NCBI GenBank assembly: GCA_951406725.2
Contig: OX597831.1
Coordinates: 72,664,001 to 72,728,000, forward strand
DNA length: 64,000 bases
Source: Octopus vulgaris
Taxonomy: Eukaryota
Reading direction: 5' to 3'
The position numbers and the translations under genes are program-made. Of this stretch, positions 37,705 to 51,995 are shown in pieces (positions within the stretch are counted from its first letter, which is position 1; each line of letters begins with the position of its first letter). The notes beneath the pieces were generated by a model. That model saw only the letters and a program-made list of their open reading frames with translations, had not been told where the DNA came from and did no database searches.

Positions 37705-38389
37705 ACTTTCATATGCCATCAAACATAACAACACCTTACATGGGTGAAGGCCTTCTTTAGCCTAGGGGTGCTGTTGCTTCTCCTTTCCCGAACTACTGTT
37801 TTCAGCACTTGATATTTATATAGAGGACCCATTTCTTGCCACCAGTCATTATTCGGTCCAATAAAGGTTCATTTGTGAGACATGAGAGTAAAGAAGAGCT
37901 CACATTCACTCTCTGAATGTGATTAGACTCAGAAAGTTTGTGAGGAAGCCATTGACCCAATTTACTGACTTTTCTGATGCCACGCAGGTGTCAATGAATG
38001 GTTGAATGACCAAATCCAAGCCTCTCTGCGAGTTCCTCAACAGTTACGATGGGATTTTGTTCCACCAGGGTTTGCAAGACATCCTTATCGAGCTCTACAG
38101 ATCTTCCAGAATGAGGCTTGTCTTCAAGACTATAATTTCCAACTTGGAATTTCTGGAACCACCATTGACACTGGCTTACACTTATTGTCTGACTTTCATA
38201 TATTGTGTTAATATTCCGCACACTTTCCATAGCTTTGAAAAAAATAACTTTTAAAATTGAATTGCACTCTTCAAAACTTGCACTAAGAATAAGTACAAGA
38301 TAAAATTACAACCTGCTCCTGTCCCCCTCCGACTTTTAGTTCATGCATTTGAACCCAACCAACCACATTATTTATGAGATGACCCAATA
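37705..38389 (-). mobile_element. Decayed mariner transposon (5' TIR and transposase N-terminal half)
   Basis: ORF ...CQWWFQKFQVGNYSLEDKPHSGRS...VEQNPIVTVEELAERLG (HTH domain). It continues past a stop as ...LGQWLPHKL...LLDRIMTGGKKWVLY (WVPHEL and TGDEKW motifs). TIR-like TA|TTGGGTCATCTCATAAATAATG near 38389. Contains stop codons. Confidence 0.88.
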
Positions 38390-39122
38390 TATATGTGTGT
38401 GTGTGTGCTTGTGTGTGTGTGCATTGAGTGCGTGTGTGTGTGTGTGTGTAGACAGACACAGACAAACAGGTTTGTGTGTTTTACATCAAAGGAAAATTGG
38501 AGTCATATACTTCAGGGTGGGGATAGGGTGGGAATTGGCTGTTTCTATTCTAACAAACCTTGACATTGATAAACAGGGAAGTTAGTTTGATTTTTTTTTG
38601 TTTTTTAGAATTTACCAAAATAAGAGGGAGGGGTGGGAAGGTGGGTGGGATAGAGTTGAAAAACATGAAGTTCCTATTCATCTATTTATTCATTCACAAC
38701 TTTTTTAAAGCATTTAGTGTAGAAAAATGGATGGGGTGGGGTGGGGGTAAGATGGCAGAACTGAAGCAGAAACAACAAAAGAATTCAGAATGGAACCAGA
38801 TACCTTTTCAGCTGATCTTTGAAATACCTTTTTAGAATTATTTTAGCTTTTCATGGTCTTTTTTTTCTTTTTTTTTTTTTTTGGTTTTTGTCATTTTTTT
38901 TTTGGCAAGTGCTGGAATTTAAAACACCTGCAGGAAGATGGTGGTGGGTGTAGTGGGGTGGCTGATGATGAAAAACCTGAGGTGATAAATGAGTTTATGG
39001 GAAGTAGTTTGTATCACCACCCCCCCCACAGAGTCAATTAGGAAATGACATGGGAGGGAACCAACAACGACAACAACAACATAGATATAAAACAAAGAGG
39101 AAACAAAGGATGGCAACAAGAT

Positions 39123-39193
<71 letters not shown>

Positions 39194-39750
39194 AGTTCAT
39201 TTGCACCAAGATTAATATTCTGTGGTGTTTGGGGTTTTTTTTTTCTGTTTGAATAACAAATTCTTCACTGATTAATCTTCCTCGTCCTTGTCTTGTAGGT
39301 GTCACCATCGTCACACCCCAGCACCTCCACCACCATCATTGGTGTCACAGTTATCACCATCATCATCATCATCAAAATGATCTTAATCAGCAGTCCTAGA
39401 ATGACACTCTGCCGATTCCAATGATGAATGTTCCAACTGATTTGATCAACAGAGGAGCCTGCTTATGAAATTAATGAGCAAGTGGCCGAGTGCTCCACAG
39501 TTCAGCAGGACACAGGATGTGACAAGGCTGGCCCCATTTGAATTACAGGTACAACTCATTTTTGCCAGCTGAACGGACTGGAGCAATGTGAAAAAAAAAG
39601 TGTCTTGCTCAAGGACACGATGTGCTGCCGGGAATTAAACTCACGACCTTACGATTGTGAGGTGCATACCCTAACCACTAATCCACACACCTTCCTAGAA
39701 CCACTGCCAATGTCATTGCCACCATCATCATCATCATCATCAGCACTAAC

Positions 39751-39783
<33 letters not shown>

Positions 39784-40439
39784 TCTACAACCACCATCAC
39801 CATTATCACTATCATTGTCATCATCTTCATATGTCCCACTGCTATCATCACCACCATCACCACCATCAGCATCATAAGCACCACGCCGCCACCACCACCA
39901 TCAGTAGCCAATTAAAGAGCTTCTTTGATGATTCAGCCTCCTAGAAATGGCAGCCAAACCTCCCACAAATCATAGTTTGTCTTAACAAAAGGGTGAAGGA
40001 CACACATTAGAAAGAGAGTGTACAGTTGAAATGTCTGCTTCAAACCGTATAGCTTAGGGTTCAATTCCATGGAGCAGCACCTTGTCTCCTAATGAAGCCC
40101 CAGGTTTATCAATACAGTGGAACAGGAATTTGGTAGGCAGAAACTGTGTGGAAGCCCATTGTGTGTGTTTATATGTGTGTGTGTGTGTGTATGTGTTTCG
40201 CCAATGTATGCCAGCAAGGAAACTGAAATCCCAAGGATTTTTAAATGAAGTTTGTTCCTTCATTCATTCAAAAGCCAAGCCTCTTCAAATGAACTTCATT
40301 TGACATCAGTCTTATCAGTCTTTTTTGTTGAACCACTAAGTTACAGGGATGTAAATACACCAATACTGGTTGTCAAGCAGTGGCAGAGGCACAAACACAG
40401 ACACACACACATAAACATATACCTATGTGTATATACCTA

Positions 40440-40483
<44 letters not shown>

Positions 40484-40484
<1 letters not shown>

Positions 40485-40790
40485 TTTATTTAAAGCAGCA
40501 GAAAATTCAACAAAACCTGTTACTCTGAGTTTCCCGTTGCCGTTCATCGGACAGTTTTTGCTAGAATGGAACCGATATGTCAATTCTATCCGATATGTCA
40601 ATTCTGGATAGAATTGACATTTCGGTTCCATTCTAGCAAAAACTGTCCGATGAACGGCAACGGGAAACTCAGAGTAACAGGTTTTGTTGAATTTTCTGCT
40701 GCTTTAAATAAAGCATACTACTCTACCACTGGTATTTGAGTACTCTTTTTCCACCTTGTTTCACATTTATGCGTTTACTCCGGTATATAT
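40484..40790 (+). mobile_element. Penelope-like inverted (palindromic) fragment with hammerhead-like motif
   Basis: 108-bp arms (40484-40591 / 40606-40713) with one mismatch, next to (TA)n. Motif CUGU-CCGAUGA-ACGGCAACGG-GAAA-CUCAGAGUA-ACAG at 40643-40680. Confidence 0.7.
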
Positions 40791-41484
40791 TGTGACACTT
40801 GTGAAGACCTGTTGAGGCAAGTGAGAATCGAATCGTATCAAATCAAATCGAACCAAATCAAAATAGATGAACATCAATGGAATTTGTATCCTTGTGGTAC
40901 CAGTGCCGGTGGCACATAAGAAAACCATCCGAACGTGACCGTAGCCAGTACCGCAATGACTGGCCTCCGTGCTGAGGGCACGTAACAAACACCATCCGAG
41001 CGTGGCCGTCCGCCAGCCTCGTCTAGCACCTGTGTCGGTGACACATAAGAAAACACCATCCGAGCGTGGCCGTCTGCCAGCCTCGTCTGGCACCTGTGTC
41101 GGTGGCACATAAAAAACACCATCCGAGCGTGGCCGTCTGCCAGCCTCGTCTGGCACCTGTGTCGGTGGCACATAAAAAACACCATCCGAGCGTGGCCGTC
41201 TGCCAGCCTCGTCTGGCACCTGTGTCGGTGGCACATAAAAAACACCATCCGAGCGTGGCCGTCTGCCAGCCTCGTCTGGCACCTGTGTCGGTGGCACATA
41301 AAATCACCCACTACACTCTCGGAGTGGTTGGCGTTAGGAAGGGCATCCAGCTCTAGAAACACAGCCACATCTGACTGGCCTGGTGCAGCCTTCGGGCTTC
41401 CCAGACCCCAGTTGAACCGTCCAACCCATGCTAGCATGGAAAGCGGACGTTAAACGATGATGATGATGATGATGATGATGATGA
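40791..41484 (+). mobile_element. RTE-type 3' UTR with homogeneous ~62-bp array
   Basis: About five near-identical units (40990-41300) followed by the conserved tail and (GAT)n. Confidence 0.8.
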
Positions 41485-42723
41485 TATATATATATATATA
41501 TACATACATACATACATACATACATACATACATACACACACACATACAACAGGCTTCTGTCAGTTTCTGTCAATCAAATTCATTCACAAAGTTTTGATCA
41601 GCCAAAGGCTATAGCAGAAGACACTTGCCCAAAGTGCCACACAGTGGGATTGAACCTGTAACCATGTGGTTGGGAGGCAAACTTCTTACCACAAAGCCAA
41701 TTGAAACCTTCCAGATTTTCTTTAATCCCTTCTCAGTTGTGTTCGAAAGAACCCTCTCAAAGTATTTGTAGATGGAGAAAGTTTGTTTCATTAGAATCTC
41801 TCTCTAAATTCTTGATTGTTTTCGAAACTAATTGAATCCTATATGCAAATGTATTTTGTTAAGAATAAGGGATCCAAAGCAGAGTGAACCCCCTCAATCA
41901 GATAAGTCCCTGCAACTTGACAGCAGATGATGTGGTTCAGCAACACTGTGTGCCAAAACAAAAAAAAAAAAAGAAAGAAAAAGACAGGAGTGGGGGGGGG
42001 GGCACAGGGTCAGAAACAATTAAAAAAAGAGCAAGGAAGAGAGAGGGGGAGTGATGTAGGAGAGAGAGAGAGAGAGAGAGAGATAGGAGGGTGGATGGGT
42101 TGAGAGTGTTTAGGAGCTGGTAAGTAGCTTAAGAAAGAAGCTTGATGCAAAAGCTAGGCTGGCCTACCCTGCCGAAATCAAGCAGGGGGTGTTTGGTTTA
42201 TTGAATAGCAACTCTACAATTGTAATGTCAACATAACCCATAATTTAGGAAGAAGAAAGCAAGAGAGAAGCTGAGTGTATGGCAGCAACGACCTGCTTAA
42301 TATCCCAATTTGTACCATAAGAACAGCAGCTTACACAGTTTTAAGACTCTCTGCAGTCTTAAAACTATGACACAATATCAATGGAACCCAGAACAAGTTA
42401 TCAAGTTGGCATTTTGTAGGGGGTTTGATAAGGTAGCCGCTTTTTAGTGGGGTTTTTTTCTTCTTAGGGTTACTTTTTATCCTTCTTTTATGTTCTAACA
42501 CATTTACACTCCCACACAGATATACATGTACCCCTTGATACACATAGACATACACATATACATACACATGCACTTTCTTATACAACATTGATAGTGTCTG
42601 GAACAGCCAAAACACATGTAAGTTTAAGAAGAAAAAAAACAGCAAAAAATGTTTGTAAAATTGGTACATTCTTCTTTCAGTTTGACTGGGTGCAGGCAAT
42701 CTTCCCTCCTCTCACTCTCCATC

Positions 42724-42777
<54 letters not shown>

Positions 42778-43339
42778 GTGTACATTATTCGTAAGTTGTT
42801 TACACACATCATGGGTCAACAAGAACATGCATTCATCCAAGTGAGGCTCCCTATTCATTAAACATCTGTCATTAAAGACCCTCACCCGACACAAGTGGAT
42901 TTATGGAGGATTTAAAAGTAGTTGACCAAAACACAGTTGTTCAGACAGGTGGGATTATTGAAGTCTGATTACATTATACGTAATACCAGACAGGTGTAGA
43001 TGTCTGATATTAATGGTGGTGGTGGTTGTTTAACCCTGGGTTAGCCCTATTCCAGAAGACCTGCAAGTAAATCTATTTTATGAATGACAGCTGATCACAA
43101 CCCTTTTTTTTTGTTCAGATACTGTCCTTACAATTACGTTGGCCAACATAGAAGAGGATGTGACTCAGAGGCAGAGTAGGCTGCTGTTTCTTTCTAGCAT
43201 GCAAACACAAATTCCAGCACACAGGGCCATACTGACTCCATGAAGAAGGCTGTGAAACAGCTGTAACCCTAAGGAAGTCAAGTAGTCAAATATATTTCTC
43301 CCTCATATATCTTGACTTTTTATGGTTTTTATATTTATA

Positions 43340-44120
43340 GCGGTGAGCTGGAAGAACTGGTAGCACGCCAGGTGAAATGCTTAGCGGTATTTTGTCTGCC
43401 GCTACGTTCTGAGTTCAAATTCCGCCAAGGTCGACTTTGCCTTTCATCCTTTCGGGGTCAATTAAATAAGTACCAGTTATGCACTGGGGATCAATATAAT
43501 CAACTTAATCCGTTTGTCTGTCCTTGTTCATCCCCTCTGTGTTTAGTTCCTTGTGGGTAAAGTAATAGAAATAGGTATTTCGTCTGCCGTTATGTCCTAG
43601 TTCAAATTCCACCGAGGTCGACTTTGCCTTTCATCCTTTCAGGGTCGATAAATTAAGTACCAGTTACGCACTGGGGTCGATGTATCGACTTAATCCGTTT
43701 GTCTGTCCTTGTTTGTCCTCTCTGTGTTTAGCCCCTTGTGGGTAGTAAAGAAATAGGTATTTCATCTGCGGTTATGTTCTGAGTTCACATTCCGCCAAGG
43801 TCAACTTTGCCTTTCATCCTTTCGAGGTCGATTAAATAAGTACCAGTTACGCACTGGGGTCGATGAGACTTAATCCCTTTGTCTGTCCTTGTTTGTTCTC
43901 TCTGTGTTTAGCCCCTTGTGGGTAGTAAAGAAATAGGTATTTCGTCTGCCGTTATGTTCTGAGTTCAAATTCCGGCGAGGTCAACTTTGCTTTCATCCTT
44001 TGGAGGTCAATTAAATAAGTACCAGTTACGCACTGGGGTCGATGTAATCGACTTAATCCGTTTGCCTGTGCTTGTTTGTCCCTTCTGTGTTTAGAACTTT
44101 GTGGGCAATAAAGAAATATA
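43340..44120 (+). mobile_element. Tandem tetramer of SINE family B
   Basis: One full head, then three further ~180-bp units each restarting at ggtatttcgtctgccg after the gaaatag tail. Confidence 0.88.
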
Positions 44121-45974
44121 TATTCATGTGTGTGTGTGTGCGCGCATGCGTATGTGCACACATCACAGTCATTGCTTGGATGTCTACTTTCCTTGCTTAG
44201 ATGGTTCGGACAGAATCCGATGCGGATGCTCTTCCTGCCACCATCTTCAAATTTGCAATGAAGCTAATATTTCCTCCATTGCCAAGCATCATCATCATCA
44301 TCATCATCATCATCGTTTAACGTCCGCTTTTCATGCTAGCATGGGTCGGACCGATTTCGACTGAGGACTGACGAACCAGATGGCTGCACCAGGCTCCAAT
44401 CTTGATCTGGCAGAGTTTCTACAGCTGGATGCCCTTCCTAACACCAACCACTCCAAGAGTGTAGTGGATGCTTTTTAGTTTTACAAAAAAATTAGAAGCA
44501 AAGAATACCAGTCTTATGCAGGGGGGGGGTAAGGTTCATTTACAATTGTTACAACAGGGAGACAAACAAACACACATGTACATGACAGGCTTCCTTTTAG
44601 TTTCCATCGATCCATTCCACTCACAAGACCATGGTAGAAGACACTTGCCTGAGGTGTTGTGCAGTGGGACTGAACCCAGAATCAGGCAGTTGGAAAACAA
44701 ACTTTCTAACCACCAAGCCTTGCAGAGAGAGTGGGGGGGAGGGAGAGAGAGAAAGGAGATAAGAGGAGAGAAAATAGAGGGGGTGAGGATGAGGGATGTA
44801 GGGGCGGGTAGCCAGACATGGAGTGTGTAAGCGGGGGGGGGGGGGGTAGACTGAGGTAGTGTAAAGAAGTAGCATGAGATATAAGTTCAGGGGTACGCAG
44901 CAGTTTAGGGGTAGTGTGAGGTGACTGTTAATGAGTCAGCCGGTTGTTGGACTCCTGAGTCATTAATAATCTAACGACAGCTTAATCAACATAACTGAGA
45001 ATGACTTAGATATGAAAGACTATCTCTTTGTGGTGGGGGGGGAGTCGGTGGTGTGGTCATTATAATCACATTCATCATTGTCTTTGAATCAGCAGCAGCA
45101 GCAGTAAGTAATATCACCATCATCATCATCATCATCATCATCATTGGTGTTGTCATCAACAATGAGGGAGCCCCCCACGTGATCATTCAATCTGCTAGAA
45201 ATAGCAGCCAAGTCAACCTCAACCACACCTCGCCTTCGAAGACACATTCCAACAATGATGTGATGGTCAAGGCTGGAATGTCATACATAGGTCTTCTTGC
45301 TCAATCAGGACCGACCTGCGGATAAGCACCATTAATCACCACCAACTCTATCCAAGCAAATGTGGAAGCCTTTAAACAGTTGCTTAACCTGCGAGAAATA
45401 AGCAGATTTCCCTTAAATCGCACAAACCTTCTTCAGACAAAAAGGGGACACTGGAGAATAATGTCCACCTAAATACACTGAGAAGTGGTGATGGTGGTAG
45501 TAGCAATCATCGTTCTCCTTTCTACTCTAAGTACAAGGCTTGGAATTTCGGAGAAGTATGGTAGTTGGTTATGTCGATCCCGCCAGTACTTGATTGTACT
45601 TTATTTTATTGATTCAGAAAGGTTGAAAGGCAAAGATGGACAGGTGGAAATTGAATTCAGAACCTAAAGACAGAGACGCTAAGTATTGATGCTAAGTTAT
45701 CGGTACCAATGATTCTACCTTCGTTGTAGTCATAATAATAATGCTTCAACTTCGGTGACAGTCATAAGACTTTGGATAGAAAACTTAGAGAGAAAGAGTA
45801 AGAGTGTGAGTGAGTGAGTGAGAGAAAGAAAAGTGTTTAAGCTATTGCTCCTTAACAGCCAAAGTTCTATGATAAAATGCCCAATAGCATACACAAAGCT
45901 ATTTAAGAAGGAAAACCAGAATATGACTTTTAGGTAGACATTCCACGGAGAGAGTGGGGGAGAGTGAGAGGGGA

Positions 45975-46102
45975 GGTAGGTAGGTTGGTAGGTAGGTAGG
46001 TAGATACAGAAGATAGATAGATAGGTAGATAGATAGATAAATAGATAGATAGATACATAGATAGACAGACAGGTAGATAGATAGACAGAGAGAGAGAGAT
46101 AA

Positions 46103-46135
<33 letters not shown>

Positions 46136-46164
46136 CAGATAGATAGATAGATAGACAGACAGGT

Positions 46165-46196
<32 letters not shown>

Positions 46197-46280
46197 TTAG
46201 ACAAGACAGACAGATAGATAGATAGATAAATAGATATAGATAGACAAGCAGACAGACAGACAGACAGACAGACAGACAGC
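45975..46280. repeat. (GATA/GACA/GGTA)n tetranucleotide microsatellite
   Basis: Seen directly. Confidence 0.95.
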
Positions 46281-47167
46281 TTTATGGCTGGATTGAGAGG
46301 CAGGTAGAGATTGATAGAGATAAAGTGAAGAGTTAGTCAGAAACCGATACAATCCTCCATAGATAGACGGATGGAGAGATAGAAAGATTGAACAATTTAC
46401 TTTATAGAAGATGTTGAGAGATGAGTGTTGTCAAGGTGGGAGGGGGGGAGATAGAGAGAAGAACTTTTGGGAAAATATTGCCTTCAGAGATCAGAGCTGA
46501 AGGAAAATAGTGTGGGAGTGAGGTGGTGGTGGGGCAAAGGAAAGTAAGAAGAAATTGGAATGAAAAAAACCGTGTGTGGGGGGAGGGGGCTCTGGGTTGT
46601 AATACATACAGTAACTCTAGTATTACTGGAGATGGTACAGCAATTCTAAATGGCATAACAAGGTTTGGCTTAAATATAGGGAGGTACGGGTTGGGGGGGA
46701 GCACTAAAAAGTTTGTGTACCGTTTTAATTTTTTTGTTTTGTTGGGGTTATTTTAGCTGTAATTATTTATGCTGTTTCCTTTTTGGTTGTGATTTTAAAG
46801 CTATTTATTTATTTGTTAGTTTCTGTGTTGTTCTTCTTGTTGTTGTTGTTTGGTCAGGTTGTGCCATAAGCAATAATGGTAAACAAATTCCAGGAGTTGT
46901 TTACTTCGTTGTGAACCAAGAGGAAATGAGAGAAATGGGAAGAAGTTTTGTAACTTTAATTATATATGTATATATATCATATGCATATATATATATATAT
47001 ATCATACACACACGTGTGTGTGTATAATATGCATGTATATATATTTGCACACACACATGCACATTATATACATAGATGCTTACGTGCATATCTATGTATG
47101 TATATGAGTGTGTTTGTGTGTGTGTATATATATGTCTGTGTGTATGTGTATATATATATATATACAT

Positions 47168-47210
<43 letters not shown>

Positions 47211-47786
47211 TACGTATATGTGTATATGAGTGTGTGTATAGAGTCAGTGCTGAGCACTGTTCTCACTTTTCAATACCATTTTGTATGTGTGTGTGTGTGT
47301 GCATGCGTGCGTGCATGTTAAAATTATTCAAAAGCCAATACAATGCAAATTGAAATACAGAATGACATCAGAAGTAAGAAAGACAGGACAACGGTTCACA
47401 CCTGACCTTGTATTTCTATATTTTAGGGGTTAATAACTCTTTATCTATTTCTTTACTACCCACAAAGGGCTAAAGACGGAGGGGACAAACTAGGACAAAT
47501 GGATTAAGTTGATTACATTGACCCCAGTGCGCAACTGGTACTTAATTTATCGACCCCAAAAGGATGAAAGGCAAAGTTGACCTCGGTGGAATTTGAACTC
47601 AGAACGTAACGGCAGACGAAATGCCGCAAAGCATTTCGCCCTGCCATTTTCAAGAGAAAATGGCAAATGATGACAAACTGGTATTTTTTGCTCTGAAACT
47701 GCACTACACTTTCTTTATATATTAACTAAATCAAGGCTGGCAAAACATAAACAAGACACCTACAGCTCTAAAACTTTATATAATGT

Positions 47787-48117
47787 CTAGCACCATTTGA
47801 GCATGGTCGTTGCCGGTAGCACGTAAAAAAAGTACCATTTGAGTGTGGTCATTGCCAGTGTGGCTGGACTGGCTCCTGTGCAGGTGGCACGTAAAAAGCA
47901 TCATTTGAACGTGACTGATGCCAGTACCACCTGACTGACCCTCGTGCTGGTGGCATGTAAAAGCACCCACTACACTCTGGTGTTAGGAAGGGCATCCAGC
48001 TGTAGAAACTTTGCCAGATCAGATTGGAGACTGGTGCAGCCTCCTGGCTTGCTGGCCCTCAGTCAAACCGTTCAACCCATGCCAGCATGGAAAGCAGACA
48101 TTAAAAGATGATGATGA

Positions 48118-48121
<4 letters not shown>
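47787..48121 (+). mobile_element. RTE-type 3' end with diverged array units
   Basis: gtggcacgtaaaaagca-type units, then ggaagggcatccagctgtagaaac and a (GAT)n tail. Confidence 0.75.
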
Positions 48122-48177
<56 letters not shown>

Positions 48178-48244
48178 TTGATTTTGATTTTGATTTTTCC
48201 AGTTTCAGCTTATGAGCTGTGGCCATGCTGGGGCACCGACATTT

Positions 48245-48282
<38 letters not shown>

Positions 48283-48290
48283 GTTAAACA

Positions 48291-48322
<32 letters not shown>

Positions 48323-49222
48323 ATATATATATATATATATCTCAATCATAGGCGCAAAAGTGGCTGTGTGGTAAGAAGCTTGCTTCCCAACCATATGGTT
48401 CCAGGTTCAGTCCCACCATCGCTTGACAACTGATGCTGGTGTGTTTATGTCCCCATATATATATATATATATATATATTATTTATATATGTATGTAAATA
48501 CAAATTTGTTACCAGTTCAAATATACTGGAGACATAGTCAAACCTGTTAAGAAAACTTTTTACTGCATTTTGTCACAAAGGAAAATTACAGCAAGAATTT
48601 TTCCTCGTGAATATATTTATTCATATAGAATACCATATTGGTAATAATAATGTTAGTCTGAAGAAATGAAGGAAATTTTCATTAGTTTAAGTATATACAG
48701 GTGCGGAAAGTCTTCAAATTTTCAAAGGGAATGGAATAAAAGTAGAATATTTGTTATTACATTTAACAAATTTTTCATCTCCCACTTGAGAATGTGTCCC
48801 TACTCCCTACAGGTACCAGTAACAGAGGATATTATACATGGTAATTCAATTTGCTAGAAATAACAACCAAATCTTCCCAAATACACCCTTTCATTTTTCA
48901 AACAAAGCACACAGCTGGATAATGTAAAAACAGGCTGCAGAATTCTTGATAACAAGGGCAGGAAGGTCATGGCTGTAATGTCTTTCATGAAAGATGTGCT
49001 CTATGGAAGAGGTTGACCTAGGGCTAAACAACCACCCCACCACCACCACCACCACCACCATCACTCTTCTATTGTTTCCTTTATATGTCACACAGTTCAA
49101 TCCTTTTCTTCCTGTGAATGCCATACTAGGGCTCTGCTATGTCAATAAAAGTAGAGGTGGGGACACATTCAATTATGTGTTCTTAGTCATCCAATGTCAC
49201 ACCCATTATTATTGCTGTGGTG

Positions 49223-49266
<44 letters not shown>

Positions 49267-49426
49267 TACATAGTAGTCCAGAATCTCTAATCAACCCCAC
49301 CCCCCCAGAAACTCTGTCTTCTTATTTTTCAAAACATTTCCAGTTTATCATACACACCTTCTCTCTTCCTTCATCCATCCATCTATCCATACACACACAC
49401 ACACATATGTGTATGCACATGCAAAC

Positions 49427-49473
<47 letters not shown>

Positions 49474-49544
49474 TAGTCACCAATATATCTGTATATGCCC
49501 AATAATGTTCATCTAAGTCATGCTAGTATAGAAAATGATGTGTA

Positions 49545-49664
49545 CATATATGTATAAATATATACACACACACACATGCAGACATATATATATACACACA
49601 CATACATGCATGCATACATATACAAATACACATACACATTTATATACATACACACACAGACATC

Positions 49665-49699
<35 letters not shown>

Positions 49700-50005
49700 C
49701 CATACACACATCTATATACATATATACACAAATACACACACATCTATATACATAGATATACACAAATACACACATCTATATACATATACACACGCAAATA
49801 CACACACATCTATATACATATACACACACAAATACACACACATCTATATACATATACACACACAAATACACACACATCTATATACATACACACACATCTA
49901 TACACACAAACACACATCTATACACTCAAACACACACATCTATATACACAAACACACACACAATCTATATACATTATATATCTATATATCTCTCTATATA
50001 TATAC
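49545..50005. repeat. Compound (CA)/(TA) tract with acacacatctatatac higher-order unit
   Basis: Seen directly. Confidence 0.9.
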
Positions 50006-50844
50006 GTAAGTGCAGAGGTGGCTTCTTACATTCCACTCCATTTATTATACATGAACACTATTAGACTGTAATATCATAATTGGTATTTATCTGAAGGTTA
50101 CTCAGTGCAAGATGGCATGGTTGGGTGGGGGTGAGCAGTTAGCACAAGGTGGTGGGGTGGGACATGGATGTTTGAAAATATGTCTTCTGTGTGTGTGTGT
50201 GTGTGTGTGTGCTCTTTTGTTATCATGATACTTTTGTAAGTAAACTGATAAATAGATAGACTGGCAGAGGGTGAAGTGCATTTACTATACATCTATCCAC
50301 CCTAGCACCATCATCATTGTCATCATCATCGTAGTATTGCATTGGGTGTTTTTAATGTTTTTGATTTTATTTCCCACTGCTACCCCATCTCTTCATCCTC
50401 CACCCTCCTCCATTCTGCATTTCTTTCATCAGCAATCCAATCAGTCTAATCATCCGGGTGTCATCGTCATCATCATCATCCCAATTATCATCATTGTCAT
50501 CGTCAGTATTGCTTGCACCAGTTGTAACAGCTATCATCATCATCATCAACAACAACAACATCGTTCCCACTAATGACATCAACAGCACCACCACGATCAC
50601 CACCACCACTTATACCAACACCACTACCACCAAAACTATTGAAATATGAGGGTGGGGAATGGAAGAAAAAGTCGATGAAACATGTTTGATCTTTCACTAG
50701 ACTTACAAAACCAACTTCTACCAACAGACACACAAAAAAATAAAGATTGCAAAATATGTGAATTTCTGTACTTATTTAACCCAACCTAACAAGATTCCCT
50801 GCATTTCCAATAGTGACAAGGAGAGTGCTTGAATAACTTGGGCA

Positions 50845-51230
50845 GTGCAGGCATGGCTGTGTGGTGAGAAGCTTGCTTACCAACCACATGATTCCGGTTT
50901 CAGTCCCACTGTATGGCACCTTGGCCAAGTGTCTTCTACTACAGCCTCAGGCTGACTAAAGCCTTGTGGGTAAATTTGGTAGATAGAAACTGAAAGAAGC
51001 CTGTTAAATGTATATACATGTGTGTGTGTGTGTGTGCGTGTGTGTTCCCCACCACCACTGTTGGTGTGTTTACATCTCCATAACTTAGCAGTTCATCAAA
51101 AGGAACCAATAGAATAAATACCAGGCTTATAGAAAAAAAATAAGTCGCAAGGGTCAATTCATCTGACCAAAATTTCTTCAAGGTGGTGCCCCAGCATGGC
51201 CGCAATCTAATGGCTGAAGCAAGTAAAAGA
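50845..51230 (+). mobile_element. SINE family A, older copy
   Basis: Diverged but collinear with family A. Confidence 0.8.
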
Positions 51231-51716
51231 TACATCCTGGGTATGACCTGAAACTGCATTTGGTAGCAGGGGCCCTGATACTGGAATCACAGGGGTCTGA
51301 AGGGGGTGGAACCATCTCTTAGCCACTGTTGTTCCTTGGGCTATTCTGACCCAGAGCAGTGACACTGTCAGGGTCCCAGCTGTAGGCTGAGTACCATCTA
51401 AACCATTGAGAGTGAAGCCTCACCCCCTAATTCTTGTTAGAACTTCCTTCTAAGACAAAAGTAAACTCATAAAAAACCTCAGAAGCACAGCTGGTTTCTG
51501 TTCGTCTCAACCTCTGTTCTGCCCCTGGTTTTAGAGCTGACCACACTCAAAAGGTGTGGCTGAGAAACACTTTATTCACTCTAAACAAACTCATGCATGA
51601 GAACTTCTTGGACTCTCGGAACTTTTGCATGGAATTATTGAGCTGAAGAAGTGGTCTTGTTTGGTCAGGAGTTGACCTCCACCATATGTACATAAATATA
51701 TATGTATATGTATATA

Positions 51717-51917
51717 TTGTGACCTTATGTGTACCATTGGTGATTTTTTTTCCTCTGTCTTCCCTTCACTGGATCTTTCCTTCTCCTATGTTTCCGACGA
51801 AGAGCTCCGCTCGAAACATTAAACCCTCCATCTTTCCTGAGCGTCCAATAATACCATATTTGTTCCACGTCCTCGCGTTGTTGTTGTTTTTTTGTGCTTT
51901 CTTGTTTGGATTAACTT

Positions 51918-51918
<1 letters not shown>
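51717..51918 (+). mobile_element. Penelope/retrozyme-like fragment with degenerate hammerhead
   Basis: GUUU-CCGACGA-A-GAGC-UCC-GCUC-GAAA-CAUU-AAAC at 51790-51824, flanked by TA-rich tracts. Shares downstream tcctgagcg...aatac with 58345-58555. Confidence 0.6.
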
Positions 51919-51995
<77 letters not shown>

